DNA from: Eukaryota sp. GEM-RC1
Lineage: Eukaryota
Direction of reading: 5' to 3'
DNA length: 64,000 nucleotides
Assembly (NCBI GenBank): GCA_040285855.1
Contig: JAUFOQ010000002.1
Coordinates: 620,001 to 684,000 of the forward strand
The notes below the pieces were generated by a model. That model was not told where the DNA came from. It saw only the letters and a list, made by a program, of their open reading frames with translations, and ran no database searches. This document shows, one piece after another, positions 25,242-39,075 of this stretch (the stretch's first letter is position 1; every line of letters begins with the position of its first letter). The position numbers and the translations under genes were made by a program.

Positions 25242-25808
25242 GGAGGTTAACTATCGGTCTGGAAGAGAAGAGGTTAGTCAAATAGCAGAGAAGGAAATTT
25301 TGTTTGTTGAATCGTAATCTAGAATGAATGGTTGCGGATCTACTACTAATAGTACTGTAACATTCTTCTACGTGTAGAAATACTAGCAAGAAAAAAAAAC
25401 GGGTTTTATGATCAATCAGTGAAATAAATGCATTTGTAGAAATAAATAACTTACATACACTAACTAAAGTATATAGACTAGCAAGTAATATCGAATACCG
25501 AATTTGTACTGGATATACTAGATGTAAAGTTTACATTTACATCTGTTTTACAATGACTAGAAACAAAAATTCAAGACAATATCTAGATGTAAATATCAAT
25601 TAATACCGGACTCTATTATTCCTCCATTTGTAGCCTTTCAACAATCACAATTGTTCCACACTTATAACGAAATTTCGAACAAAAATGACAGATACCGCAG
25701 TCTACTTTATTTAATATTCATTTGACGAACTGCTCCAATTTTCTTAATGAGACTGAATTGGATTTACACCTGGAGAAGGGATTGTATGAGAACTGTAAAG
25801 ATAAAAAC

Positions 25809-26270
25809 CTATTGCTGAACAACAACACGAAGAGCAATCTGATCAATTTCGGCTTGTCCCTTGCTGGTGATCTTTCGGCCACCTTCAGGGGTAAGTTCGA
25901 CAAGACTAGCGGCTTCCAATTGCTTAAGGATGTTTCTGGCAATTGAACCGGAGGAAAGAGCGAAATGGTTGGGTCTGCTACCATTACGTTTGTTACCACC
26001 GTAGATTTTGCGGAATCTACCAACACCCATACCAGGACAGAGATATATTTTGCGTGCCATAGAAGCTGAAATCAGTCACATGTAAATCGACATACCGGCT
26101 CTAATAAAGAACCAATCGGGATCAATGGGAGCAAGATCCTTGAAAGTAGCGGTCTTGACAAGGTCAACCCACTCAGGAGCTTTGACACTCTGAGAAGCCT
26201 TTAGTTGTTGGGCATAGGCCTGAATGAATCTGGAACTTTCCACGTCTTTTAGGGTGACAGCAGGGGCCAT
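25809..26270 (-). CDS. RPS19: 40S ribosomal protein eS19
   Basis: [29 protein letters not shown]; 30-nt intron 26066-26095. Confidence 0.95.
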
Positions 26271-26533
26271 TTTGAAAAGAAAGAAGAGGACTCTTAAATT
26301 CCATTTCCACCTACGCAAGAGGTTTTCTGCTAAATACACATCAATTCCACTCCAATGAGTCCTTCGTTACAATGCACTTAAGGCGGTGACCTGATTTTCT
26401 GATATTACATTGTCAAATTGTTCCTTTTGTATTTTCAACATTCACTGACCTTCACAATCACCATGTACATTATTATCAACGCATTATGACAAATATAAAG
26501 AGAAATATCTGGGAAAATGTATTTACAAAAAAT

Positions 26534-26884
26534 TTACTGGTGTATGGGAAGCATACCAATATACTTAGCTTGCTCAACGGAAAAATGACCAGAGAGATCC
26601 CTAAAGACCTGCATTTCAAAATGTTTGCCAATAGCGTCATGGTCTGGCACTGCCAAATGAATCTTGTATATCATTCCAGCAACAACCTGTGTTTTTACAC
26701 TAATTACATGTACATCATCAAGGGTAAGTGATTCTCCATTGATGGAATTGATGTGAGATATGGAATGCGTAAGGGCTTCGACAATATCCGGGTCATTGAA
26801 CTCAGTGTTAGTATGGAAGCCACCGAGAGACTCAGCTGCCAAGCAATAAAGTGCAAGAGAGAGGAAAACAGTGATTAGTCGCAT
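26534..26884 (-). CDS. Secreted cystatin
   Basis: Signal peptide, LGG, canonical TQVVAG. Confidence 0.8.
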   Translation of the reverse strand: MRLITVFLSLALYCLAAESLGGFHTNTEFNDPDIVEALTHSISHINSINGESLTLDDVHVISVKTQVVAGMIYKIHLAVPDHDAIGKHFEMQVFRDLSGHFSVEQAKYIGMLPIHQ

Positions 26885-26923
26885 AGGAGGAAGAATTGCT
26901 TCCCGCTTTTTATACTATCTTTC

Positions 26924-27491
26924 ATGGGTCTTCTTGCTCTTCTACGTAAATTACGACGTTCCGAAAAGGAAGTACGTATCCTTCTTCTCGGCTTGGATAA
27001 TGCTGGAAAAACCACTATTCTTTCTCAACTGGCTGATGACGATATCTCTCACATCATGCCTACTCAAGGATTCAACATAAAATCTCTCTCAAAAAACAAC
27101 TTCCGTCTCAATATGTGGGACATAGGCGGTTTGCATCGTCTCATGCCTCACCTTAGGTCAAAAAGTTATCCGAAGTTACTGGAAGAACTACACAGAAAAC
27201 ACCGATGGACTTATCTTTGTTGTTGACGCTGCAGACCGTCGCCGTATCGAAGAGTGTGCCCACGAACTAACGCAATTGCTAGAAGACGATACTCTGGTTG
27301 GAGTCCCTACTCTAGTCTTTGCTAATAAACAAGATCTTATGCAGGCTCAGCCCGCTTCTGAGATCGCTAACCTCTTGGATTTGGATCTGATTCGTGATCG
27401 CTCATGGCATATTCAAGGATGTTCTGCTAAGGACGGTACTGGGTTAGAGGATGGTCTACAATGGATGCTTCAGTCTATCTCTAGGAAGTGA
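26924..27491 (+). CDS. ARL3: ARF-like GTPase ARL3
   Basis: [36 protein letters not shown] across 28-nt intron 27129-27156, NKQDL. Confidence 0.92.
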
Positions 27492-27621
27492 AAATGTTTA
27501 TCGATTGTGCACATGTATTGTAGAAATTTTAAATTAAGTGATGATTTTTGAATAAAAACCTAGACAGAATACAAAATATAATAAATGAATAATAAATGAG
27601 GATTTTGAAAGTCCTAAATTA

Positions 27622-30600
27622 TTAAAGACTGTCGATGAACTGAGTGAACTTATTTTTGAATGATTCAGCTTGCATCTTTAATGACTCCATACATGTGATG
27701 AATTCAGAAGTTCTTGGTTGTAAGGAGGACAACAATTGGTCAAGCAGAGAAGCACAGTTTAGGATAACTAAGTGCTGAAGTTCTCTGTCCTGAGACGATG
27801 CTTGAGATAAGGAAATGGAATAGTCATCAGTTCCATCAATCGCAGGCAACGTGATATTGAGCTCTTTCCACTGAATTTCATTGACTTTAGGCTGCTTTGT
27901 GTCGAGTTTAAAAGACTGAATCGTCTGTTGTTGTTCTCTTTCCAATAAAACTTGTTTGATTGACTTCTTTGGAACTTTACTTTTGGCCGTCGACTTCTCC
28001 TTCAACTCTGCTTCACAAATTAAATTATCAAGTACTAACAACAACCAAGCTCTACTGTTTGAAATCAAGGAAGAGAATTCCTTAGAGAACGTGCTTACAA
28101 GGGGAGTCAAATGTATCAACATGAGATTGAATTAAGCTTTCCGAGGAAGTAACACGTGTGGATTCCATTGATTTTAAATTTTCCAACTCTTTTTAAACTT
28201 TTCAAACGCTAACATTGGATGACAGCGGTCCATGACTGTTTTAGACTGAGATTTCATATCCTCTAGAGATTTTTGGGCGGCTACTAAGCTTCCACTAACG
28301 TCAGAGACAAAAGATTTTTCCAGTAGTGCCACACTTAGACTAATGAATTCAGGAATAAACAACTTCAATTGATCTGAATAATCTTTAACAAGGTTCGTGT
28401 ACTGAATTCTAAAGGACTGTAGATGATCATTAAGATTTGAAATTTGTTCTTTTTAAAAGTTTCCAAATTATTCTGGAGCTCAGGAAGGGTTTTTGGAATA
28501 AACTCACGAAGAGGTGCAGTCTTGCCAAATGTAGAAGTAAAAGAATTAGTTAACTGACCAACAAGAGACGTGTATTCATCCTCAATCAAACGCGGGATTG
28601 ATTGAAGCTGATTGTCTGAGACAACTTCATCAACAGGGTCAAAATCAAACAGTTTCGGATCAAAGAACTCCCACTTTTGAAGACTCTTTGATTCCAATAA
28701 CAAATCCAATCTGGAACCAATCCTCCAACTTCTAATACCGATAAAGTAGAGCAAATGAACAATTTGATCAAAAGAAAAAAGACGGTTGATGAGACTGAAA
28801 GGGATTAAAGAGTTGGTCAACTCGAGACAAAGTGCCATCTAAAAGTACTTTGAAGTTTTGAACAGAAGAATCGATTTTGGAGGAGAATAACAACTTCTTG
28901 CTCTGAAATTGAGAATAAAACTCTAATTCTTTAACATGCAGGGTTAAAACTTCTGAATCTAACTGAAATGTGGCAATCAATTCCTTAGTTGCCTTGACAT
29001 GACCTTCAAGAGTAGTAATTGTTTCAGAGAGACAATTTTCCAATATTCCTTTTTCTTCAAATAACTTTTGATCCACGTCAGCAGAAATGAGCTCTAAATG
29101 AATCTCAGAAACAACTTGATCAGAGGAAATTTTGAAGGAATTTAAAAAAGTAGTATTTGATAAACGAAGAGTATCTAAATGTTTTGAAACTGAAGCTTCT
29201 ATACGCTTGATCTCGTCAGAGATGTACAGTAAAAATTGATTGAGGGACAGTTGACGTTTCTTAACTCTTTGCTTTAAAGAAGAGATCAGCTTCAAGTCTA
29301 AGAGCTCAGAACAGAAGAACTTTTCACCATCACTGTGAATTTCTTTGGCTTTTCTCTCCAACTCAGCGACTTTAATCAGAATTGATTCTTTTGCCAAAGA
29401 TGATTTTGACCTAATGATCCCCACATGACGTGATATCTTCTTATTAATTTTAGAAAGTGCCTCCCTGCGCTTTTCCACGTGATGAAGCTCTAAATTAAAC
29501 AGTCTGGGTCTGAGTTTTTGAAAAGAGTAGATACGGTGATAGGTATCGACTTAGATCGTGATCTATGATCGTTTGATAATTGATTGAGGGATTCTGATCG
29601 TTGTTGATAGAAAAATCGGATTAAATTTGATTGAACAGACGATAGGTCAAAAATGGCATCAGGGATTATGGAATTATGAGCTAACGTCACGTGTCCTTCA
29701 CGAGGGACTTCAATCTGCAAAGAAAACTTTTGCTCAGGATAAGTAGATGTAAATGACTTTTCAGATCCGTCGATTGTGATCGTAATTGATTGTGAATTAT
29801 CATCAGCACTTTCTTTTCTAAAACTTCCTTTGATTTCTTGTCTTTTGACTTCTTAGCAGGGGTTGCAGGTTTCTGGTTTTGAGCAGATTTTGGTTGAAAA
29901 AGATCAGAAAACACTAAGAGATTGTCCTCAAAAAGGATTTCATCAAATCTTCTTGGTTTCCTGATTGGTCAACCAGCAACTTGCCAAAGTCAGTCAGCGA
30001 TTGGCCTATCATTTGAATGACAGTTTTCCCATCAGAGTACAATCGTTCTAGTTCGAGTTCAGAGGGAGCAACAGCGATTTCCTGAAGAATATTTAAATAT
30101 TCGGTTTCAAACTCTCCTAATGTTGACGTTGAATCGGCCAGAATTAAAGAAAGAGACGAAGTAAAACAGCTGAGTAACTGAGTCAGATTTGAATTGAACT
30201 TATTTAAATTATTCGAAATTTTTCCAAAAAATGACAAATAATAATCAACTTGCTTATTTGCTTCATCATCCATAGAGGAGTAGAAATTTGAAATATTTTC
30301 TGTAAATTTAATAAATGTTTCCTCCGACGCTGCAACACACTTCTTGCCATGATCATCAACTTTTGAAATTTCTGAATCTGGAGTTCCAATACTTTTTAAA
30401 TAATTTAAATTTTGGCCAAGTTGTTCACCTAGTTCATTTAAAATTTCACTATGGACAGACTTAATAAGTTCAACGAAATTACCATGCTCTTCACGAGTTA
30501 AATTTAAAATATTCTGCAATTCTTGATGAATCTGTTGATAAAAGTCAGTGGTAAATTCAGTTGGAGAACAATCAAAAAGTTGTTGTAGAAGAACAAATTT

Positions 30601-31543
30601 CTTTCCAGATTGGGAAGTCTCAAACTTGATTGATTTCATGAACACTTCTAATCGTTTTGTTGACCGAAGTATATCATCACTTTCAGAAAGCTTTTGAAAA
30701 TTCGTCATCAACACACCTGTACAGTTTAATAACCACGATTCTTTGATTGAGTCTAATTCAGAAGACACTTCAGTTTCTCGTGTTTCAACCGAATTTTTTA
30801 AATTTTGAATTATTTGATTAATATCCGACTTATTCTTAAGCAAAGTCGAATTTAGATCGTCAATTGCTGGTTGAAGTTCTAGCTCAATGGCTTCCGGTGG
30901 TTTAAAACCAACATCTGCAAGTGAAAGCAAGGACGATTTAGTTTGATTGATGATTGCTTGATGTCGATCAGAGTCAAAGTCAGTAAGTTTATGATTGAAC
31001 AACGTGATAATTTCTCTACGGGTAGAGAATTGCGATAACAAATCACTAAATGCGGATTCGACTTCAGACAAGCTTCCCTTCCCCCTCACCAAAATGATTT
31101 TTAAAGTAGTCTAGTTGGTCTTTAAGAGCACTGTCTAATTGATTGAACCTAGTTGAGAGTTCAGAGCAAGCTTGGGAAGTAAGAGACGAGAAATTGGAGT
31201 GGATGGAGTTAACTGAAGTTACAAAGGTAGATATGTTGTTGTCATGTTTGATTTTTAGCCGTGCTTTGAGTTGATGGACTTTCTCATTGGCAGTGGTAGT
31301 GGAAAAAGCCTTGAAATCGCCAACGAAGCCACTGCTCGGTGGAAGATCAGTTGAATAAGAACCAGTTGACTTAGGAACTGTGGAATTGGTCAGAGCGGTA
31401 GGAGTTGAAGAATGAAGAAGTGGAGTAGACTTGTTATGAGAAGTTTCCAGATGTCGAGAAAGATTTGTTGTAGTCTCAAAAACCTTAGGGTGAGTCCCAC
31501 GTGGAGGTTGGAAGTTATCAGATGTGTATAGTAAACGAGACAT
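27622..31543 (-). CDS. Long coiled-coil protein, possibly CCDC180/CFAP76-like (several frameshifts)
   Basis: Chain of abutting helical ORFs over ~3.9 kb; K-rich PAKKSKDKK segment; CHPMLAF...KELENL resembles the CCDC180 C-terminal region. Confidence 0.5.
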
Positions 31544-31589
31544 ATTTATCAATGCATCACTTGAGAAAAACTGAAAACATTCTTTTCCG

Positions 31590-31990
31590 TTTTCTTTTTT
31601 TTTAAATAACAAGTTTTATTGACAACAACACTACAGTGTACATACATCTAATAATCAATATCCTCAAAGTCCAGATTGCCTAACTGGAAATTTTCACCCA
31701 CCTTATCCTCATAATGTCTGCCAAGAGATAATAAAGCGCTAGATACAGAAGTCACCATACTTTTAAAGATAGCAAACACGATTCGATTTTTCCAAAATCT
31801 AAGATCAAATGTCCTAGATGTTTTTTCCTTTACAAACTTCACAAAGATTTCAAGTAATTATGTTGCAGATTCACCTAAAGAACCGTACAGTGAAAATACA
31901 AAAGGGTACAACAAGTAATTCGAGTGTGAAGCCGAATTCAATAATTTCAATTTAGCACAGTATTATTGCATTTTTCCGTTTTCTACATAC
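31590..31990 (-). mobile_element. 3' end of RLE non-LTR retrotransposon with A-rich tail
   Basis: PFVFSLYGSLG, FDLRFWKNRIVFAIFK; AATAAA followed by an A-run; inverted copy at 34655-34800. Confidence 0.8.
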
Positions 31991-32639
31991 CAAGTTTAGA
32001 TCGAGATTTCTACAAAAGAGCAACAACCTATAGACCAGGTTTAAGTAAAGCTTTTTCCCATGTTTGAGCACAGTATATCAAATAGAACTTAAACGGAAAT
32101 TGTAAAAATTCATTTTCAGAAATTTAATTGTATGGTCTTTACTTAAAAAAAAATTAGGAGAAGGCTAGAGTGATGCTTTGAAAGTCAAATGCAAAGTTAA
32201 TTTTAGTCATACTGTATGATTGTAGTGAGTGGAGATGAAGGTGTCTAATATATTGTTACTGAACCGTGTGAACTTCAACACGAATGTGTTGTCAGCGTTT
32301 TGACCAACAAAACAATGCATGGGTCCGTTTTTCCCACCAAAACACTCTGCGTTATCCTACTCAATCAAACAAAATTGAAAACTGTACACACAATTTACCG
32401 AAAGAAGTTAAAAGTTATTTCGCAAATGGTGGAAACGGAAAAAATAATGTCCAAAAATCCACATTCAGACAGTTAAATGACAGTGACTTGTATTTTTTTT
32501 CATGTTTTTGGAAATTGACCTTGAATTACAGGAATCAAAATTAGTGAAATCCATGAAATTCTCTGACAAGATAACCAAGGACCAAAAAAATCAAGACATT
32601 TTTAATAATTGATTTCATAGCCCAATACATGAAGATTAT

Positions 32640-33050
32640 ATATAACCATACATTTTCCAGTGAATATCTTTGAGGTTTGGGGTTTACATCTTCTAAATTG
32701 TGGGCTAAAACAGCCTTCATTGGTGGTGGAAAGAATTTTGTATTCGAGTTTTGTAATCGATATCCATCAAGAACTTCTCTACTTGAAAGTACTTGCAGCT
32801 TTTATCCTGTCTCCGTGGTGAAATAGGAAATCTTTCTCCTGAGTTTTGGTCATCCTGCTGTCCTGTTGATATCAAAGAAATTCCATGTCGAAATATTGTG
32901 TCCTTAAAATTTGCTTCAAAGAAGCTATATTAAAATATTTTGAAAGTTTAGATCATACAGTCCATCGTAGCTCGGCTAAGGAAAATAATCCAGTTTAGCT
33001 AATTGTTTAATTGATTTAAAGGAGAGTTCTGCTGTGGTATTAATTCATCA
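32640..33050 (+). mobile_element. Degenerate retrotransposon fragment
   Basis: Inverted match to 34160-34570. Confidence 0.8.
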
Positions 33051-33389
33051 AATTATTATCAAATGATGACCAAAATATATAAATAAAACTTATTCGGTAC
33101 CCAATACGGTAACCTTCCTACAAAACTATCCTTCAAGTTGCAAAAACAGACGAATAATACTAAGATTAAATCCAAACGACTTTATTATTTTATTGTATTT
33201 GTTTGTGTCTAAGTCTGGACATCAAGTTGCTGCATTGAATTCACGAAGACACAATAAAATCGTCTTTCAGCTTATTGCAGTTTCTATGTGTGCAAATTTC
33301 GGTTCTTCTACCAAGGAGTTTTTTGAAAATTTGTGTTCAGAATTTTTTTATGCAAATTGGTTTTATTATAAATGTAATAGATCAAACAA

Positions 33390-34570
33390 CTAAAATTTGA
33401 TATCATTAAAACAACACCCGTCGCTATCAAACCTTACAACAGCTTTGTCCTCATAAAAGGTACTCACTGTTAAAAAAGCTTTGGAAATGATTAGGGGAAC
33501 TGTTTTAAAAACAGTAAAAACGATCCGATTCAACCATAGCATATGATCAAAACGTTTGTTCATCCTGTTTTTTAAGATTTTTCCGAAATCGTTTAAGAAA
33601 ATCAATGCACTTTTTCCTAAGCGTCCGTAAATTGAAACAGCAAAAGGACATAATTGGTATTCAACGTGTTTTACATGTTTTAAAGCCATCAAAGGTTTCT
33701 TGTACTTATCCTGTTTGGCCTGTTCAGAAATGTCTAAAGGAGAAGTTTCAGACGAAGCGTTCTTTAAAGATGTCTTTTTACAAACATCCACTGACACTAC
33801 ATCAACAACAAACAATTTGTCTAAAGAAGAAGGGACAACAACATCTGCTCTTCTTTTACCAAAAAAATTCTTCTGTTTCTCGACATTACAATTATTACTT
33901 GGTTCTAAAGATCTTAGAAGTGGTTCAACAAATGACTCAATTTTATAAGACTTACACATAGCATGTATTTGGTCTCTTATAGCATCATGTATACACGTTC
34001 GATAAGTTATGTAGCGATTGCAACTTAACAAATGAGAAAACGTTAATTGTTGTCAACAGCTACATTGAAGATCATTTGGCAAATTATATGGCCATAAATA
34101 ACAACGAAGTCTCATTGTAGTGGTCCATAGATGATTTAATAACAAACCATATACTTGTGGAATTTGATTAATTAATGCCACAGCAGAACTCTCCTTTAAA
34201 TCAATTAAAAAATTAGCAAAAGCTGGATTTTTTTCCTTAGCCGAGCTAAGACGGACTGTAAAATCTAAACTTTCAAAATATTTTGATAAATGATTTTGTA
34301 ACTTTTTTAAAGCAAACTTTAAAGACAAAATGTTTCGACATGGAATTTCTTTGATATCAACAGGAAAGCAAGTTGACCATAGCTCAGGAGAAAGATTTCC
34401 AATTTCATCACGGAGATTATTAAGATAAAAGCTGCTACACTTGTAGTAATTTCAAGAAGAGAAGTTCTTGATGGATATCGATTACAAAACTCAAATACAA
34501 CATTCTTTCCACCACCAATAAAAGCTGCTTTAGTCCACCATTTAGAAGATGTAAATCCCAAACCTCCAAA
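33390..34570 (-). mobile_element. 5'-truncated RLE-type (CRE-like) non-LTR retrotransposon: Zn knuckle plus restriction-like endonuclease
   Basis: CSC..HLLSC, RTCIHDAIRD, RADV..VVDV, EQAKQDKY, PFAVSIYGRLG. Confidence 0.85.
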
Positions 34571-34654
34571 TCAGAATTTGGCAAGAAGTTTAACAGATCG
34601 TACTGGAAGACTAAATTTGCTTTTTCGATTTTTAGGTATATGTATAGATATGTG

Positions 34655-34800
34655 TAGCGCTTTATTATCTCTTGGCAGACTTTATGAGGTTAAGGTAGGT
34701 GAGAATTTCCAGTTAGGCAATCTGGAATTTGAGGATATTGATTATTAGATGTATGTACACTGTAGTGTTGTTGTCAATAAAACTTGTCAATTAAAAAAAA
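34655..34800 (+). mobile_element. Severely 5'-truncated retrotransposon 3' end with poly(A)
   Basis: Near-identical reverse complement of 31595-31742. Confidence 0.8.
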
Positions 34801-34862
34801 AGAATTGACAAATTGGAGGTTTAACGCAGAATAAGAGATTTAACTTATCAATTAGGCATAAC

Positions 34863-35563
34863 TAGGGATGGGCGAACTCCAACTCGACTTCGCTCCACTC
34901 GTAGAAACTATAGAACTCCAACTCGACTTCACTCCAAACAATAAATTTTACAAGTGAACTTCACTCCAACTTCACTTCACTTCAACTCAAGTTACTTGTA
35001 GACTTCGCTTCACACAAACTTGTTAAATTTTTGTCTTTATAAAACTCCTCTCAATTGACGAGTTTGGCACTTATTCCAGGTATACACAATGTCAATGTGT
35101 CTCGATTCGTACTAAAACAAACACTGTTAGACATCCACCGTGATGAGGTCATCAGAATGAATCTTTCTAATTATTTATGAAAATTTCAGTGGTTACTAAA
35201 GAAGAGTTTCAGAAGTAATTTCAACAACTGTGTTCACAATTTGGTAAGAAGTTTGAACAGGTCTTGTAGGACGATAGTTTTAACTTTTTGGCCCTTTAAA
35301 CGAAAACATAGATAAGTTTATTTCTTTTTGGTCAATGATAACTACAAATAGTGTAACTTCTCTTGGTATAGGAGTTTTTTGTATTTTATGTACATGTACA
35401 TTACTTTCTTAGGAATGCTAATGAAATAGCAAGTTTCACTCCAACTCGACTTACTCGTAAAACTTTGACAGAACTCCAACTCGACTCCAACTCGTAGAAA
35501 TTTGGAGTGAAGTGGAGTTTGGAGTCTTGGAGTAGAACTCGAGTGGAGGTTTGCCCATCACTA
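34863..35563. mobile_element. hAT-type MITE
   Basis: TIR TAG(G/T)GATGGGC; 8-bp TSD GGCATAAC/GGTATAAC; subterminal ACTCCAACTCGACT arrays. Confidence 0.88.
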
Positions 35564-35790
35564 GGTATAACCGTTTGATTTTTTCTTTGTTCGATGCATC
35601 TAGCTGATTTTATTAAATCAATTTTCCCAAAGTTGTATAAAAGCTGTGCATTGATGTACACACTACTGTACTCTGTACTGTTGACTAGGAATTTTCCCGC
35701 CAAAACACTAAACACCGTGTGGAAGAATTGTGTTGACTTCATAACATCCTCTCTGGGACTTTTCGTTCTGTACTCTTCCTAGTTATTTAA

Positions 35791-37319
35791 ATGCCTTTAG
35801 TTAGTAAGATAGCCGTCGCTGGTGATCATTGTTCTGATTCTGGTGATCACATCGTCTCAAAGTTTTCCTATCAGAAACCTGTTGTCTCCTGCCAGGATGG
35901 AAGCGCTACAGTCGAAATCCGAAATCATAACATTGTTGTTACCACTGAAAGAGAATCCCCAAAGTTGGTGTTCTTCTTGTTGGTCTGGGTGGTAATAATG
36001 GTACCACATTACTCGGAGCTCATCTAGCAAACAAACATAAAATGGAATGGGAAACCCCAGGTGGAACCCAACAGGCTAACTGGTATGGTTCTTTGATGCA
36101 ATGTGGGACTTCTATCCTGTCACATTCATCTAACGGTCCTGTGTCTGTTCGATTTGCGGACATGCTACCAACACTCTCTCCTGACGAGTTAGTCATCCAT
36201 GGATGGGATATCTCCGCACTGAACATGTATGAAGCTATGCGCAGAGCTGCAGTTTTTCCTGTTGTCCTCCAAGACAAGTTAAAGTCCCATATGGAATCCA
36301 TTGTTCCTCTCAAGGCTGCATTCATCCCTGACTTTGTTGCTGCCAATCAAAGTACTCGTGCGGACAACACCCTCGAAGGAGACCGCAAGGAATTGATCAC
36401 CCAACTGCGCAAACAAATCCGTGACTTCAAGTCTGGCAACAAATTGGACAAGGTTATTGTTCTTTGGTCCGCAAACACCGAACGTACCGTTGAAATCGAA
36501 GAATGTCATACTTCTAAAGACGCTCTGCTTAAAGCCATCAAGGAAAACGATTCCCGAGTAGCTGCCTCTGTTCTGTATGCTGTTGCTGCTATTGAAGAAA
36601 AGTGTGCTTTTATCAATGGTAGTCCTCAGAACACATTAGTTCCCGGTCTTGTACAATACGCTTATGAACAAGGCGTGTACATTGCTGGTGACGATTTCAA
36701 AACTGGTCAAACAAAGGTAAAGTCTGTGTTAGTCGATTTTCTGGTTGGTGCAGGAATTAAGCCTCGCTCAATTGTCTCCTACAACCATTTAGGTAACAAT
36801 GATGGCTATAATTTATCTGCACCTCAACAGTTTAGAAGCAAGGAACTCTCCAAAAGTAACGTTATTGACGATGCTGTTGATGGAAATCCTGTGTTATATC
36901 CTGATGGTAAGAAACCCGACCACACTGTCGTTATCAAATACGTTCCTTTTGTCGGTGACTCCAAGCGTGCCATGGATGAGTATATTTCTTCCTTGATGTG
37001 TGGTGGATTCAATACCATGATCTTACATAACACATGTGAAGATTCACTACTCGCTGCTCCCCTCGTTCTTGATTTAATTTTATTTACTGAGTTGTTTCAG
37101 AGAATTTCTGTTCAAGTCGATGATAAGAATTCTGCCGGTTTCGATTCAATTTTGTCCCTTCTTTCTTTCTTTTTGAAAGCCCCTACTGTCCCTGAAAGAG
37201 CCCCTGTTATTAATTCTCTTTGGAGACAACGGTTAGCCTTGGAAAATTTCTTTAGAATCGCCATTGGACTTCCTGTAGAAACTTGTCTATCTTTGGAAGA
37301 CAGAATTCCCTTTGAGTAG
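35791..37319 (+). CDS. INO1: Inositol-3-phosphate synthase
   Basis: VGLGGNNGTT, LWSANTER, FINGSPQNT, GDDFKTGQTK, SYNHLGNNDG, CEDSLLA; homopolymer frameshift near 35960. Confidence 0.95.
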
Positions 37320-37478
37320 ATGACTTTTTAAGTGTTAATAAATTAGTGTTTTTGGTTCTGACTTCTGTTTATGGAAGGATCACGTGTTTGACGTGTTCGC
37401 TCCTGACTTTCAAAGACTCTAACAATTGGATAGATCATCCCCATTTACAATTTTCTATGCCTTACATCTACAACAGAA

Positions 37479-38500
37479 ATGTCACACGAAGATAAACCTC
37501 TTGTACACTCACAAAATGTACACAATCCACACAGACTATACCCATCTTTGTCGCCCGATCCTCCTCATCCCCGATCCCCACTTTTTGCTTCAAGGCGATT
37601 CTGCCTATGTTCATTCATCTCTTCTCTTCTCTGCTGTTTTCTGACTTGCTTTCGAACATCCAGTGGAGAAGCTCGAAGTTCGATCCAAAACACTTTCTAC
37701 CCATTACTACCTCCACTGCTTCCTTGTTCACCGAAAAAACATTGGTTCTAGATCTAGATGAAACTCTAGTTCATGTATGCACATTTACTCTCTAACTCAA
37801 GTCTTCACCACGTCGTAATTCTCCAAATCATGATTTTGCTTTTCGTTTCCTCCACGATGATGGTACATACAGACAGGCTTATGTCAATAAGCGACCTTTT
37901 GTTGACGAATTCCTCATTTCCATGAGCCAACTATTCGAGATTGTCGTTTTCACCGCTGCATCTGCATCTTATGCTGACCCTCTTATTTCTATATTGGATA
38001 GGCATCGTTGTGTATCCCACAGACTGTATAGAGATTCGTGCATTCTGACCAAAAAATGTCTTGTCAAGGATTTAGATCTATTAGGTCGCGATCTCAACCA
38101 CGTCGTAATTATTGACAATTCACCATGCTCTTATATTTTCCATGAAGCCAATGCAATTCCTATTAATGACTTTACTGTTTCAAAACTTGATAAGTCACTG
38201 TGCAAACTTATTCCAGTGATGGAGAAAATAGCCGCATCTGATTCGGTACCTGAAATTCTCCGCCACTATAAGTGGAATACTTTCTTTAAGCGATGTACAC
38301 CTCGAAAGACCAATGGGTGCGTTGTTAAATTTGTACATAGTAATAGTATCAACTGCAGTGATGCCACCAATTCAGAAAATATTGCCACTCCTCATGTGTA
38401 CTGTACCAAAGTTCTTGATGATGAACCACTTTTGGATAAACTGGACGATGACCCACAGATATTGGACCTACCGTCGATATATCCCATTAATAAACTTTAA
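37479..38500 (+). CDS. SCP/NIF-family small CTD phosphatase
   Basis: LVLDLDETLVH, KRPFVDEF, VFTA, RLYRDSC, VKDL, IIDNSP; intron 37775-37801; A-run frameshift near 37735. Confidence 0.9.
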
Positions 38501-38524
38501 TAATACATTTATTGTACATTTGGG

Positions 38525-39002
38525 CTAATCGTCTTCTGAAACATACAATTCTTCCTCGCACATTTGACAAGCCTCGGATGGATCCATACCTTCAGATATG
38601 ACCTTTTTAAGTCCAGGCCAATACTTATCCACTACACAAACATTTCGTTCTATGAGATTGGAAACTACGGGTAACAGATTGTCAATATGCTCAGCATCTA
38701 CTGCAGTTCGAAAACGAAATTCACCATCTTCCATATCGAGCTCAAAAAAATCCAACTGTTAGACCAAAGTTGGCACAAGTAACAAACTTCGCAACTGAAG
38801 GTAACAGTGGTGTTTTTATGAAGGGAAGTTGACTGTACACAATAATCTCATCTCGCTCCTCTTGGACTCGTATACGAAGAATCCATTCCAAGCTGTCAGT
38901 TTTGGATAAGCAATAGATTTCATTAGAATATTCAGGGTTAAACTCAAAGTGGGCATTCTTGCCTTCGAGATACTTTTGTATAGATTTAAGGTAGTTTCTC
39001 AT
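38525..39002 (-). CDS. YbjN-domain protein
   Basis: ANFGLTVGFFELDMEDGEFRFRT after removing one T from the run at ~38745-38750. Confidence 0.65.
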
Positions 39003-39075
39003 TCAGATGTAGTGAGAGATAATTCAAGTCTTCAAGTTTTGAAGGTGATAAAGAAATGTACTCCAAAATATTGTT

